NCBI GenBank assembly: GCA_048882385.1
Contig: JBHLRQ010000002.1
Coordinates: 1 to 64,000, forward strand
Direction: 5' to 3'
From: Candidatus Thorarchaeota archaeon
GTDB taxonomy: Archaea; Asgardarchaeota; Thorarchaeia; Thorarchaeales; Thorarchaeaceae
DNA: 64,000 bases
The notes below the pieces were generated by a model. It did not search any database, had not been told where the DNA came from, and was given only the letters and a program-made list of their open reading frames with translations. Within the stretch, counting starts at the first letter, position 1; each line of letters starts with the position of its first letter. The translations under genes were made by a program, and so were the position numbers. Below, in pieces: positions 46,873-56,025 of the stretch.

Positions 46873-48720
46873 TTGTTCACGTGTAAGAAATGTAAAGAGC
46901 CATTCTATGTTCAGGCTGGTGAACTGAGGGGACAAACACTTCGAGTTTACTGTCAATGCTTGAATGGTCATAAGGGGAAACGTGACGTTTCGAGATATCA
47001 AGCAGACAGTATGGCAAATGAAGTCTTTGAAGGAATCTTCACTTGCATTGAATGCGGTTCTACGATGTCACTAATGAATACTGATGTGGGTAGATCGAAG
47101 GCAGAATACACCTTCATTTGTCCAATCCACGGACCTCAGATGAGAGCAATACCTGCATTCTATCATACTGCTATCGCAGGAATGCAGGGAAGTATGAATA
47201 GTTCAAAATCCATCCTTGATTCATTGAGTTGTCCTAGATGTGGGGAAGTATTTGTTGCTCATGAAATCGCTGACAAAAAAGGTATCCTTGAAGTAAAAGC
47301 CCGTTGTCCGAATGGCCATAAGGAGATGCGCTTTATCCCAAAGGTCGCTGATGAATCTGTACTAAAGACAGTTGTAAAACGTCTCATTCATTGTGATGAA
47401 TGCGGTCTACCATGTCAGATATTGGAAACCCAACCTAAAGGCAACAAGGCCCGAGTTGAGATTTCGTGCCCAGCTCATGGGAAAGCCAAGAAGGAACTTC
47501 CCGCTGAGTATGCATGGATGTTTGAAGCCATCGTTGAGGCTATGTCTGAGGGAAGTATTGTACGTTCGATGCTGAACTGTCGTGACTGTGGATCTCCTGT
47601 TTCGATTAGGAGTATTGAACTTGATAAGATGAAATACAAACTCAAGTGTAGTTGCAAGAATGGTCACAATGTAGATCTTTCTCAACCAGTTGATTTGGAT
47701 GAAGAAGCTATAGATTCTATAATTAACGGTGTTTTGAAGTGTACTGATGGTGATTTAGTTTCTGATATCGTGGAAACCAAAGTTAGTGGAAACGATGTAG
47801 AATTGAAGTTGGTCTGTCCTATCCATGGAGACTTCAAAAAGAGTGTTGCAGTTGGAATCTATAAGCATCTAGAAGAACGTAATCCACACATTGATCGAAT
47901 GCCCTCAATTGAGGAGAGTCTAAAATGTTCGAAGTGTACTTCTCCAATGACCATTCGTGGAACTAAGGTGCGAGACAGTATTGTTGAATTAAAGATGGAA
48001 TGCAGAAATGGCCACGGAGATGGAAGATATCTGCATGTTGGAGCTGTGGAACCTGTTGTTGAACGGTTCTACCGTCAGCTGTATGAATGTCATAAGTGCC
48101 ATAATCCCTTGAATCTATCTTTGATTGAAGAAAAGAACGATAAATCGGAAGTGACACTAATGTGCGAACAACATGGCGAAAGCAAAGTGGAGATTCCGAG
48201 GGAACATGCTGCACTGGCTCGTGACGCATTTCTATCAACAATGAGCATGCAAGATTTGGAGATGATTCTTGAAACACGTTTACAAACAGAGAGAGCTGCA
48301 GAGTATCAAATAGACCCAGATGCTGATATTCAAGAGATGCTCGATATTGTAAATGATATTATAGAACAGCAAAGTGTGAAATTCATTGGAGAAAAGAGCG
48401 GAACAAAACATGGCGAGGAATCTTGGTTTTATGGAAAAGCCAGGTCCGGCACTGAATACATTGTGATCGGATCAGTTTCAAAAGAAAATCTGACAATGCG
48501 GATATCAGTTTCAAGTGATGATGAGAGTAAAATGGAAATGCTTCTATCCGAGATGCGAGACGGTCTCAGAGAAGTCCTACTCAAACTCCAAGCAAAAACT
48601 GGTGACACAGCTCCGAAAAAGATAGAGTGCGAACAATGTGGTGCGGCTCTGAAAAAACGTGCACTTCCAGGAGAAACTGTAATCTGTGATCATTGTGGAA
48701 CTCCATTACACTGGGCATAG
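46873..48720 (+). CDS. Paralogous octa-repeat C3H metal-ribbon protein with platform-like domain and C-terminal Zn ribbon
   Basis: TTG 46873 after GGAGGAG gives MFTCKKC, matching MFTCKRC of the neighbour (ORF track start 46852); 8 modules; CEQC..CDHC. Confidence 0.75.
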   Translation: MFTCKKCKEPFYVQAGELRGQTLRVYCQCLNGHKGKRDVSRYQADSMANEVFEGIFTCIECGSTMSLMNTDVGRSKAEYTFICPIHGPQMRAIPAFYHTAIAGMQGSMNSSKSILDSLSCPRCGEVFVAHEIADKKGILEVKARCPNGHKEMRFIPKVADESVLKTVVKRLIHCDECGLPCQILETQPKGNKARVEISCPAHGKAKKELPAEYAWMFEAIVEAMSEGSIVRSMLNCRDCGSPVSIRSIELDKMKYKLKCSCKNGHNVDLSQPVDLDEEAIDSIINGVLKCTDGDLVSDIVETKVSGNDVELKLVCPIHGDFKKSVAVGIYKHLEERNPHIDRMPSIEESLKCSKCTSPMTIRGTKVRDSIVELKMECRNGHGDGRYLHVGAVEPVVERFYRQLYECHKCHNPLNLSLIEEKNDKSEVTLMCEQHGESKVEIPREHAALARDAFLSTMSMQDLEMILETRLQTERAAEYQIDPDADIQEMLDIVNDIIEQQSVKFIGEKSGTKHGEESWFYGKARSGTEYIVIGSVSKENLTMRISVSSDDESKMEMLLSEMRDGLREVLLKLQAKTGDTAPKKIECEQCGAALKKRALPGETVICDHCGTPLHWA

Positions 48721-48734
48721 TAGCGGAACTACAA

Positions 48735-49295
48735 CTAGCCAGTCCATTTTGCAGCCGAATCCTTTGATATACCTAAATGAGCTAGTACTCTTTCAATTAC
48801 TGAATCAACAAGTTCCTCAATTGTCTTAGGTTTTGCCCAGAATGCTGGACTGGCTGGAATTACTATGGCCCCTGCTTCTGTCACGGTAGCCATATTTCTG
48901 ATTTGAATGAGGTTGAGTGGGGATTCTCTAGGGACTAGAATGAGTTTCCGTCTTTCCTTGAGGCTGCAGTCTGCTGCACGTGCAATGAGATTGTCTGCAT
49001 ACCCATGGGCTATACCTGCTAGGGTCTTCATAGTACATGGAATCACCACCACTGCATCAATTGAGAAACTCCCACTAGCTGGTCCTGCAGACAAATCATG
49101 TTCATCATATATGAAGTCTGATTCTTTGTTCAAAGATTCTCTCGTAAAGCCCGTTTCATACTTGAGGGTTTCTTCTCCCCATTTTGACAATATGAGGTGG
49201 ACTTCATGACCTTCGCTTTTCAGTGCACGTATTAGCCTAACACCATATATTGCGCCACTAGCACCAGTCAAACAAACGAGAATTCTTTTCTTCAT
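48735..49295 (-). CDS. ubiX: Flavin prenyltransferase UbiX
   Basis: TGASGAIYG, ASGSF, PCTMKTLAGIAHG, RAAD..LKERR.LILVPRESP, PAF. Confidence 0.95.
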   Translation of the reverse strand: MKKRILVCLTGASGAIYGVRLIRALKSEGHEVHLILSKWGEETLKYETGFTRESLNKESDFIYDEHDLSAGPASGSFSIDAVVVIPCTMKTLAGIAHGYADNLIARAADCSLKERRKLILVPRESPLNLIQIRNMATVTEAGAIVIPASPAFWAKPKTIEELVDSVIERVLAHLGISKDSAAKWTG

Positions 49296-49352
49296 ATTTG
49301 CAACCAGCTAACTAAATTCAGAAACTAACGTATATACTTCTATCGCAATGGG

Positions 49353-51179
49353 TCAGAAAAGGAACGCTAGGAGAATGTAGAGGAGTAAAGACAAGCCTCC
49401 AGCACGGATTCCAGTTTTCTTAGCAATCCCTGCAGCCTCAGCAATATCCTGTGTCAAAATATCAAACCCTCTCTCTCCAAAGGTTCGAAGGTCCTTTGCC
49501 TTCCCAAATCCAAGACCCACCTTAACGGGCTGTACTCGTTCACGCGCCTTCACTGAAGCTGTAACAATATGATCTAGAGTTTCTTGAGGCTTGTTTCTAC
49601 CTACTGGTGGATATCCTCTACTTGAGAGAGATATCGCATTCACAACATGTGTATCCGTTGTGATTGCCTCGGCATTATCAAATCCTTGACTCTTCAGAAG
49701 GCTCAGTATCTTTTCTCTATATCCTGACTCCATATTGTTTCCATCAATGCAGATGATGATCATTTCGGTTTCGCCGCTATTTAGAACAACTGCGATTATT
49801 CCTCCAGGTCCAATACCCTCCTCCTGACTTATATCATCAGGATATACCTGATGCAATCCAATCTGTAAACGAGTCTTTGGCTTGTTGATTGTAGAGAATA
49901 CAGCTTCTGAGACTGACCCGACGTATTCTGCAGCTTCGGGATCTCCTTGATTCACTGAAATGGCGCTGTCATCAATACAATTGTGAGCGTCAACAACAGC
50001 AACTCCGCCTACCTTTGGTAATCGTTCTCGAATCATGTTAGCAACATCATAACCAACATCTAGTGAAATATCATCAGTGAATTCTGGTGAGCTGGTACTT
50101 ATCGTCATGACATCATTTCCAGCAAAAAGCGTCCAGACCTTGTACTTTCCTCCATCTGACCAATGTGGTCCAGAAATTTCATCATGAACTTCTGTGTCTT
50201 GGATGAGTCTATCAATCTCAGCTAGCACAACTGGATAATCATCCTTAGTCGTTAAGTTCTGCTGGTGCGTACAGCTCCCATGCAAAACAAAAGCTGGAAT
50301 CCCATGCTTCGTTTTGATATGCTCTATGATTGTTGAAGGTAGTCCACTACTTCCAATGTCTCTGAATGGTCCTGGATGTACATATTCAATCACACCACAG
50401 GCAACAGGACCTTGTTCATCCTTGAAGAGGATTATTTCCACTGGAACATCTTGATGTGTCGCAATTCTTGTCAAGATTTGCTCCATAGGTGCTGGATTGC
50501 CAGCCAAATAGTCATGACCAAATGCTCTCAGGAGTTGAGGTCCATTTATTCCCAGGTCTCTCTCAAATGGAACGCTTACTGCTCTATAGATATAATGTAC
50601 TGTTACTGTGCCTATGATAAGAGAAACTAGAATTGGGATATACCATAGTGATGGGAAAATTGGAATTGATGTTTCATTTGGGGCGATGAACAGCATTGTT
50701 AGAATCCAGAGAACTGGAGGCATAAGAGCCGCGATACTATTACGGACAGGATGATGATCACTGAGTCCGTTTACCAGAAATGCAAATGCAAGGTATGCAA
50801 TTGAAACACCCAGAATTGAGAATTTGACCTCATAGACCGAAGAACCCGTTGCTGCATCAATTAATCCGCCAATAATGCTTAGCACGATCCAAAAGATAAG
50901 GCCAAAATGAACGAGCCCCCCAGTCCTTCGACCATCTAAGGGTGAGTTCTCCTCTGTGGCAATGAGATATAGCAAGCCTGATCCGACAAAGACGGGAGTA
51001 CCCAGTATAACCAAATAGCAGATTAGAGAAGAAAGTAGAAGGCCTTTCAGTATACTGAGTATGACTGAACCGAGAACTACCATAAAGACCATTCTCAATA
51101 CTATCTGACGGTAGGAGGGTAATTGCCAGACCTTTGAGTATAGCCTGACTGTTTCTTTTACCTTCGCCTTCTCTCCCAA
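49353..51179 (-). CDS. DUF2070 family archaeal membrane protein
   Basis: N-terminal TM bundle; VHPGPFRDIGSS.LP, HGSCTH, VDAHNC, DGNNM, TTDTH. Confidence 0.85.
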   Translation of the reverse strand: MGEKAKVKETVRLYSKVWQLPSYRQIVLRMVFMVVLGSVILSILKGLLLSSLICYLVILGTPVFVGSGLLYLIATEENSPLDGRRTGGLVHFGLIFWIVLSIIGGLIDAATGSSVYEVKFSILGVSIAYLAFAFLVNGLSDHHPVRNSIAALMPPVLWILTMLFIAPNETSIPIFPSLWYIPILVSLIIGTVTVHYIYRAVSVPFERDLGINGPQLLRAFGHDYLAGNPAPMEQILTRIATHQDVPVEIILFKDEQGPVACGVIEYVHPGPFRDIGSSGLPSTIIEHIKTKHGIPAFVLHGSCTHQQNLTTKDDYPVVLAEIDRLIQDTEVHDEISGPHWSDGGKYKVWTLFAGNDVMTISTSSPEFTDDISLDVGYDVANMIRERLPKVGGVAVVDAHNCIDDSAISVNQGDPEAAEYVGSVSEAVFSTINKPKTRLQIGLHQVYPDDISQEEGIGPGGIIAVVLNSGETEMIIICIDGNNMESGYREKILSLLKSQGFDNAEAITTDTHVVNAISLSSRGYPPVGRNKPQETLDHIVTASVKARERVQPVKVGLGFGKAKDLRTFGERGFDILTQDIAEAAGIAKKTGIRAGGLSLLLYILLAFLF

Positions 51180-51266
51180 GATTACATCACTCGCTGTTTC
51201 ACTGAAACGACTTCAGAGGTCTTATCAAACTTCCTCTAGGCATTTCGTGTCACTTCCGAAGCCTTT

Positions 51267-51317
51267 ATATCGCATTCGATATCGATAAATATCGTATTCG
51301 ATAATCGTATCCGATAT
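51267..51317. promoter_or_regulatory. Three palindromic ATCG-N4-CGAT operators, probable PadR autoregulatory sites
   Basis: ATATCG-CATT-CGATAT (51267-51282), ATATCG-TATT-CGATAA (51289-51304), TAATCG-TATC-CGATAT (51302-51317); first overlaps a TTTATA box. Confidence 0.7.
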
Positions 51318-51334
51318 TATTGAGGATGATCCTC

Positions 51335-51874
51335 ATGAACGAATCTGAGCCAAAAGAATGTGAACATCTTGAGATGCCCCAATCAGTACCTCGTGGGCTT
51401 TTACGTCACATCATTCCCCGTCTTTTAAGATCAAGGGACATGACCGGCACAGAAATCATGAATGCTCTTGAGGAACTGACAGAGGGTGAGTGGAATCCTA
51501 GTCCTGGGACAATCTATCCCCTACTTGCTTCTCTTGAGGAATCTAACATAATTAAAACTGTCAAGACAGAGGGTCGCAGTAAAACATACAGGCTGACGGA
51601 TCAGGGTCGTGACCATATGGTTATGATTATCAAGAAGAGAAAGGGAGCAGTAGGTCACAAGACTCGTTTGGGACCGCGTCTCTGGGAAAAGCTTCTTGAT
51701 CCATCTGAACGTGTCCAATTTCACATTCATGGATTACAGATGGCTATGGACTCATTGGAAGAAATAGCTAGCTCCCTAAACTCAAAGGATCGACAGAAAC
51801 TGCTGAAACATCTTGAAGATATGGATACTCAGTTATCCAAACTCATTGACTCGTTGAAATCCGGAGGAACATAG
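51335..51874 (+). CDS. PadR family transcriptional regulator
   Basis: RGLLRHII..LL, GEWNPSPGTIYPLL..LEE, KTYRLTDQG. Confidence 0.9.
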   Translation: MNESEPKECEHLEMPQSVPRGLLRHIIPRLLRSRDMTGTEIMNALEELTEGEWNPSPGTIYPLLASLEESNIIKTVKTEGRSKTYRLTDQGRDHMVMIIKKRKGAVGHKTRLGPRLWEKLLDPSERVQFHIHGLQMAMDSLEEIASSLNSKDRQKLLKHLEDMDTQLSKLIDSLKSGGT

Positions 51875-51875
51875 A

Positions 51876-53762
51876 TTGTCTAGAAACAATGGTGGTCATA
51901 CCATCAGAAAGAGTCCTGCACGATACATGCTAAGTGGCTTGATGAGAAACAAAGGAATCACAATATTTGCTACAATTCTTACAGTCATTTCGACTATTCT
52001 CGTAACAATACCTTCAGTCATCATCGGAATGGCTGTGAATGAGCTAGTACGAGATGATGGAATCACTCCCGCTCTGTCATTGACGCCGCAATTCATATTC
52101 TATGTATGGTTGATTATTGGACTTGGCTTACTCTATTTAGGTCTCTATTTCGTAGTGGGCTATGTATGGGCAATTGTTACTCTTCGCTGGGAAAGAGATG
52201 CTCGACAGGATTTCTTTGAAGCCCTTCAAGACTATAGTATGACCTTCCATGATGAGGTTGACAGCAAGAAACTTTTGTCAGTTGCAATGCAAGATATCTC
52301 TTGGGTTCGATTCTCTCTAAATCCTGCGCTACGAAACCTCATTGGAGCTATGATATCTTTTGCCATTACTACTATTATTCTAATCCAGATTGATCTCAGT
52401 CCCAATCTACAGAATTTCACCCTTGTAAACCTGGGTGGACTTTCAATTCCAATATATGGATTCACTACAATCATGTTGGTTGGCACTCCCATCTATATGG
52501 CGTTCTCATATAGATATGCAAATTCTATTGAACCCGTACGTAGGAGAAGATCTGAGGATATGGAACGCTTGACAGCCATCACCCAAGGTGTATTTACAGG
52601 AATTGAAGTAGTTCGAGCGTTCGGGAAGGAAGACTACGAGCAGTCTAAGTTCCATGATGTCAGTAAGATGTATGAGAAATCAATCACACAAGAAAGTAGA
52701 CTAGCAGCTTTCTACATTCCTGCCTTAATTCTAATAGCGATGAACGCTATCGCATTTCTATATGGAGCGTATGCTGTAATCAATGAAGCCATGGTCATAG
52801 GAGATTTAGTCACAATCATGGCTCTTCTATTGTCCATCGAAGGTCTGAACTTCATGCTTCCAAGATTCCTCCTAGTTTTGAGAGGTGGATATGTGAATGC
52901 TCAACGAATCGTTGACATATTGAATTGGAAAGAAACTCTAATTGAACCAGAAGAAGAGGTTCGTGATATTGATTGGCTTAGTGACATTATTTTTGAAGAT
53001 GTCAGTTTCAAATATGGTGATAACAATAATAGCAACGATCACTATGCTCTGAAGGATTTTGATATTACAATTCCCGGAGGGTCTCGAGTTGCTCTAATAG
53101 GAGGTCCTGGAGGAGGGAAGAGTACTATACTGAAGTTGCTTCTGCGACTTTATGACCCTACTGAAGGTACAATCCGGGTAGGCGGCGTGGACCTTCGAAA
53201 TGTTTCTACAGAATCTGTACGCGATGTGGTTGGTCTTGTTGAACAGGACATCTTTCTGTTTCGCATGAGCGTTAGAGACAATATTGCATTCGGCAGGCGC
53301 GATGCAACTCAGGAAGAGATTGTTGAAGCAGCGAAGCGAGCTCAGGCTCACGAGTTCATAGTTGAACTGCCTGAGCAATACGATTCAATGATTGGAGAAA
53401 GAGGAATGACACTCTCTGGTGGTCAGCGACAACGACTCGCAATTGCTAGAGCAATTATTCAAGATCCCAAGATTCTTTTGCTTGACGACTCTGTCAGTGC
53501 AGTCGATGCACAAACAGAGTTCCTCATGAGAAAAGCACTCGACGAAGTAATGGTTAATCGAACCAGTATTACAGTCACGCAACGTCTCAGGACTCTAATC
53601 GAATCTGACCTAGTGATTATTGTTGACAAGGGACACATCATTGCCTCAGGCACTCATGATAAACTACTTCGTGAATCAGATCACTATCGAAAGATCTTTG
53701 AACGACTTCCGGGTGCACAATCACTCCTTGCAAGTGCCTCAATTCGTGGAGGTGCTGAATAA
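51876..53762 (+). CDS. ABC exporter half-transporter (TMD+NBD), degenerate Walker B/H-switch
   Basis: GPGGGKST, LSGGQRQR, ILLLDD (no catalytic Glu), TQRL (no switch His). Confidence 0.92.
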   Translation: MSRNNGGHTIRKSPARYMLSGLMRNKGITIFATILTVISTILVTIPSVIIGMAVNELVRDDGITPALSLTPQFIFYVWLIIGLGLLYLGLYFVVGYVWAIVTLRWERDARQDFFEALQDYSMTFHDEVDSKKLLSVAMQDISWVRFSLNPALRNLIGAMISFAITTIILIQIDLSPNLQNFTLVNLGGLSIPIYGFTTIMLVGTPIYMAFSYRYANSIEPVRRRRSEDMERLTAITQGVFTGIEVVRAFGKEDYEQSKFHDVSKMYEKSITQESRLAAFYIPALILIAMNAIAFLYGAYAVINEAMVIGDLVTIMALLLSIEGLNFMLPRFLLVLRGGYVNAQRIVDILNWKETLIEPEEEVRDIDWLSDIIFEDVSFKYGDNNNSNDHYALKDFDITIPGGSRVALIGGPGGGKSTILKLLLRLYDPTEGTIRVGGVDLRNVSTESVRDVVGLVEQDIFLFRMSVRDNIAFGRRDATQEEIVEAAKRAQAHEFIVELPEQYDSMIGERGMTLSGGQRQRLAIARAIIQDPKILLLDDSVSAVDAQTEFLMRKALDEVMVNRTSITVTQRLRTLIESDLVIIVDKGHIIASGTHDKLLRESDHYRKIFERLPGAQSLLASASIRGGAE

Positions 53763-56020
53763 TGGGTATGCGTGGACACGGTGGTCCTATGGCACTTGCT
53801 AGCCAGAAACCAAAACGGAGTAGACCAATCAGAATACTACTACGTAAGATGGTCTATTACCTTGGCAGATTCAAACGAATAGTAGCAATTGGTGCAATTC
53901 TATCTCTTGTTTCCACAATTGTATCAGTCTTTGATCCATTGATTCTTTCTTGGGCAATCGACTCAGCTCTCGTCGTTAATCCTGTTATTGATACCATATT
54001 CCTACTGACTGGTTTCTATGTATTCCTCAGAGTGATATCTTGGATATTGAGTAGTGTCAATATATGGATCCTCGCAGGTGCCCAAGCAGGGTTTGTCCAG
54101 AATATTCAAGAAGATCTCTATTCAAATCTCCTCAGAGCTGACCTCTCATACCATAAGAGTGAACAGAGTGGCAACGTTACATCGCGAGTAACGTCTGACA
54201 CAGTGGAGCTCGGAACTGGAATTCAAGTACTGATTGACTTCTCCAGCCAGGCACTGATGCTCGTTTCATCGTTCCTCATGCTTTGGTGGGTCAATCCATA
54301 CATTGCATTGACAACACTTGTAGTTCTTCCAGGTGTACTCTTCATAACAGTCCTCTTTGGATCTGTTGGTCAGAGGATTATGCTTGCGTCACGACGCGCC
54401 TCTGGAGCAGTGTCTGGTCAGATAGCTGAGAATCTCAGTGGTATCCATGTGGCAAAAGCCTTCAATCGAGAGAAAGAGCTTGCAGAAGAAATGATGGAGC
54501 TGAATCAGAATTCTTACCGTTATGGTTTCAGATTCATGATTTTGATGAGTGCAATGCAACCACTGGTTCGAACAATTGGCCAGCTAGCGATTGCTACAAT
54601 GCTGTTTGTTGCAGGAAGTCTCGCAGTTGGTGTTTTACCCCTGCTCACCATTGGTGAATTGTTTCTTGGAATCACTCTGATTAACAGGTTTCTCTGGCCG
54701 CTGTTAGGACTTAGTATGATGTTCACTCAGGTTCAGACTTCAATGGCTGCAATGGACAGGGTAATGGATGTAATCGAATCCAAACCAGCAATAACGGATT
54801 CCCCTGATGCAGTTCCACTTGCTGATGAGAGTGATGGCATCTATTTTCAGGATGTGACATTCGAATACGTGGAAGAAACACCTGTTTTGAACAATGTTTC
54901 ATTCGAAATTCATCCAGGTGAGATGGTAGCAATTGTTGGTCACACAGGTGCTGGAAAGACAACCATTGCTGCTCTTGTCAATAGGTTCTATGATCCCACT
55001 AGGGGTGGCATTTTCATTGGAAGTCAGAACCTACGTATGGTGACCCAAGAGTCATTGCACAGTTCAATGTCACTGATTCCACAGGAACCATATCTCTTTG
55101 ATGATAGCATCTTTGAGAATATCCGTTATGGTCGCCCAGACGCATCTGATGAAGAGATCTATGAAATCTGTAGGATAATTGGTGCTAACGAATTCATAGA
55201 GGTTCTTGCTGATGGATATGAGACCTGCATTATCGAGGGTGGAAAAAACCTGAGTGCAGGTCAACGTCAGATGATTACTATAGCACGAACAATGCTAGCT
55301 GATCCCAAGATACTCATCCTAGATGAAGCGACAAGTCGACTAGATGCATATAGTGAATCGTTAGTGCAAGATGCACAGGAACGACTCTTTGCAAACAGAA
55401 CGACTATTGTAATAGCTCATCGTCTCACAACTATTGCTAATGCTTCACGTGTGTTTGTGTTTGATCATGGTGACCTAGTTGAGCAAGGTACCCATGAAGA
55501 ACTTCTTGCACTCAATGGAGTCTTCAAGTCACTATATGACACATATTATGCTCATCAAGGAATTGATGAGATAACTGAGGAAGTAGCAGAGGTCGCCAAG
55601 TCTGAGGTGGAAAAATATGGTGAGGAGGAAACTCCGGTTCCGGCTGGTCCTGGAATGATGATGATGGGAATGGGTGGTGGTATGCCTGGAATGGCTCATG
55701 GTGCTATGGGTGACATGAAACCTTCTCCAGAGATGATTGAGAAGATTAAGGAAAGGTTCAAGTCTGATCCTGATTCAATTCCTGCATCTATGCGTGAGAT
55801 GCTAAAGCAAATGTTTGAGGTTGATGATATGACAGATAAGAAAAACGATGAATATGGTCGAAGCAAGACACAACAACAGGGTCCTCTCGGGTCTGGTAGA
55901 CCAACACCACAGATGATGAGAGAGCTAAAAGAAAAATACAAGAAAGACCCGTCTTCAGTTCCAGCACACATGCATGAGATATTTGAGAGGATGATCCAGG
56001 AAGAAGATAAAGGAGAGTAG
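53762..56020 (+). CDS. ABC exporter half-transporter (TMD+NBD), consensus catalytic site, with Met-rich duplicated C-terminal extension
   Basis: GHTGAGKT, LSAGQRQ, ILDEATS, AHRL; TAATG overlap with partner. Confidence 0.92.
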   Translation: MGMRGHGGPMALASQKPKRSRPIRILLRKMVYYLGRFKRIVAIGAILSLVSTIVSVFDPLILSWAIDSALVVNPVIDTIFLLTGFYVFLRVISWILSSVNIWILAGAQAGFVQNIQEDLYSNLLRADLSYHKSEQSGNVTSRVTSDTVELGTGIQVLIDFSSQALMLVSSFLMLWWVNPYIALTTLVVLPGVLFITVLFGSVGQRIMLASRRASGAVSGQIAENLSGIHVAKAFNREKELAEEMMELNQNSYRYGFRFMILMSAMQPLVRTIGQLAIATMLFVAGSLAVGVLPLLTIGELFLGITLINRFLWPLLGLSMMFTQVQTSMAAMDRVMDVIESKPAITDSPDAVPLADESDGIYFQDVTFEYVEETPVLNNVSFEIHPGEMVAIVGHTGAGKTTIAALVNRFYDPTRGGIFIGSQNLRMVTQESLHSSMSLIPQEPYLFDDSIFENIRYGRPDASDEEIYEICRIIGANEFIEVLADGYETCIIEGGKNLSAGQRQMITIARTMLADPKILILDEATSRLDAYSESLVQDAQERLFANRTTIVIAHRLTTIANASRVFVFDHGDLVEQGTHEELLALNGVFKSLYDTYYAHQGIDEITEEVAEVAKSEVEKYGEEETPVPAGPGMMMMGMGGGMPGMAHGAMGDMKPSPEMIEKIKERFKSDPDSIPASMREMLKQMFEVDDMTDKKNDEYGRSKTQQQGPLGSGRPTPQMMRELKEKYKKDPSSVPAHMHEIFERMIQEEDKGE

Positions 56021-56025
56021 ATGAC

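Noticed and set aside
48735-49295. ubiX without adjacent ubiD
   Set aside because: Stand-alone ubiX is common in archaea, where it serves UbiD-family decarboxylases encoded elsewhere
51876-56020. Degenerate ATPase motifs in one ABC subunit as a novelty
   Set aside because: One degenerate site is standard for heterodimeric exporters (TM287/288, TmrAB, LmrCD)
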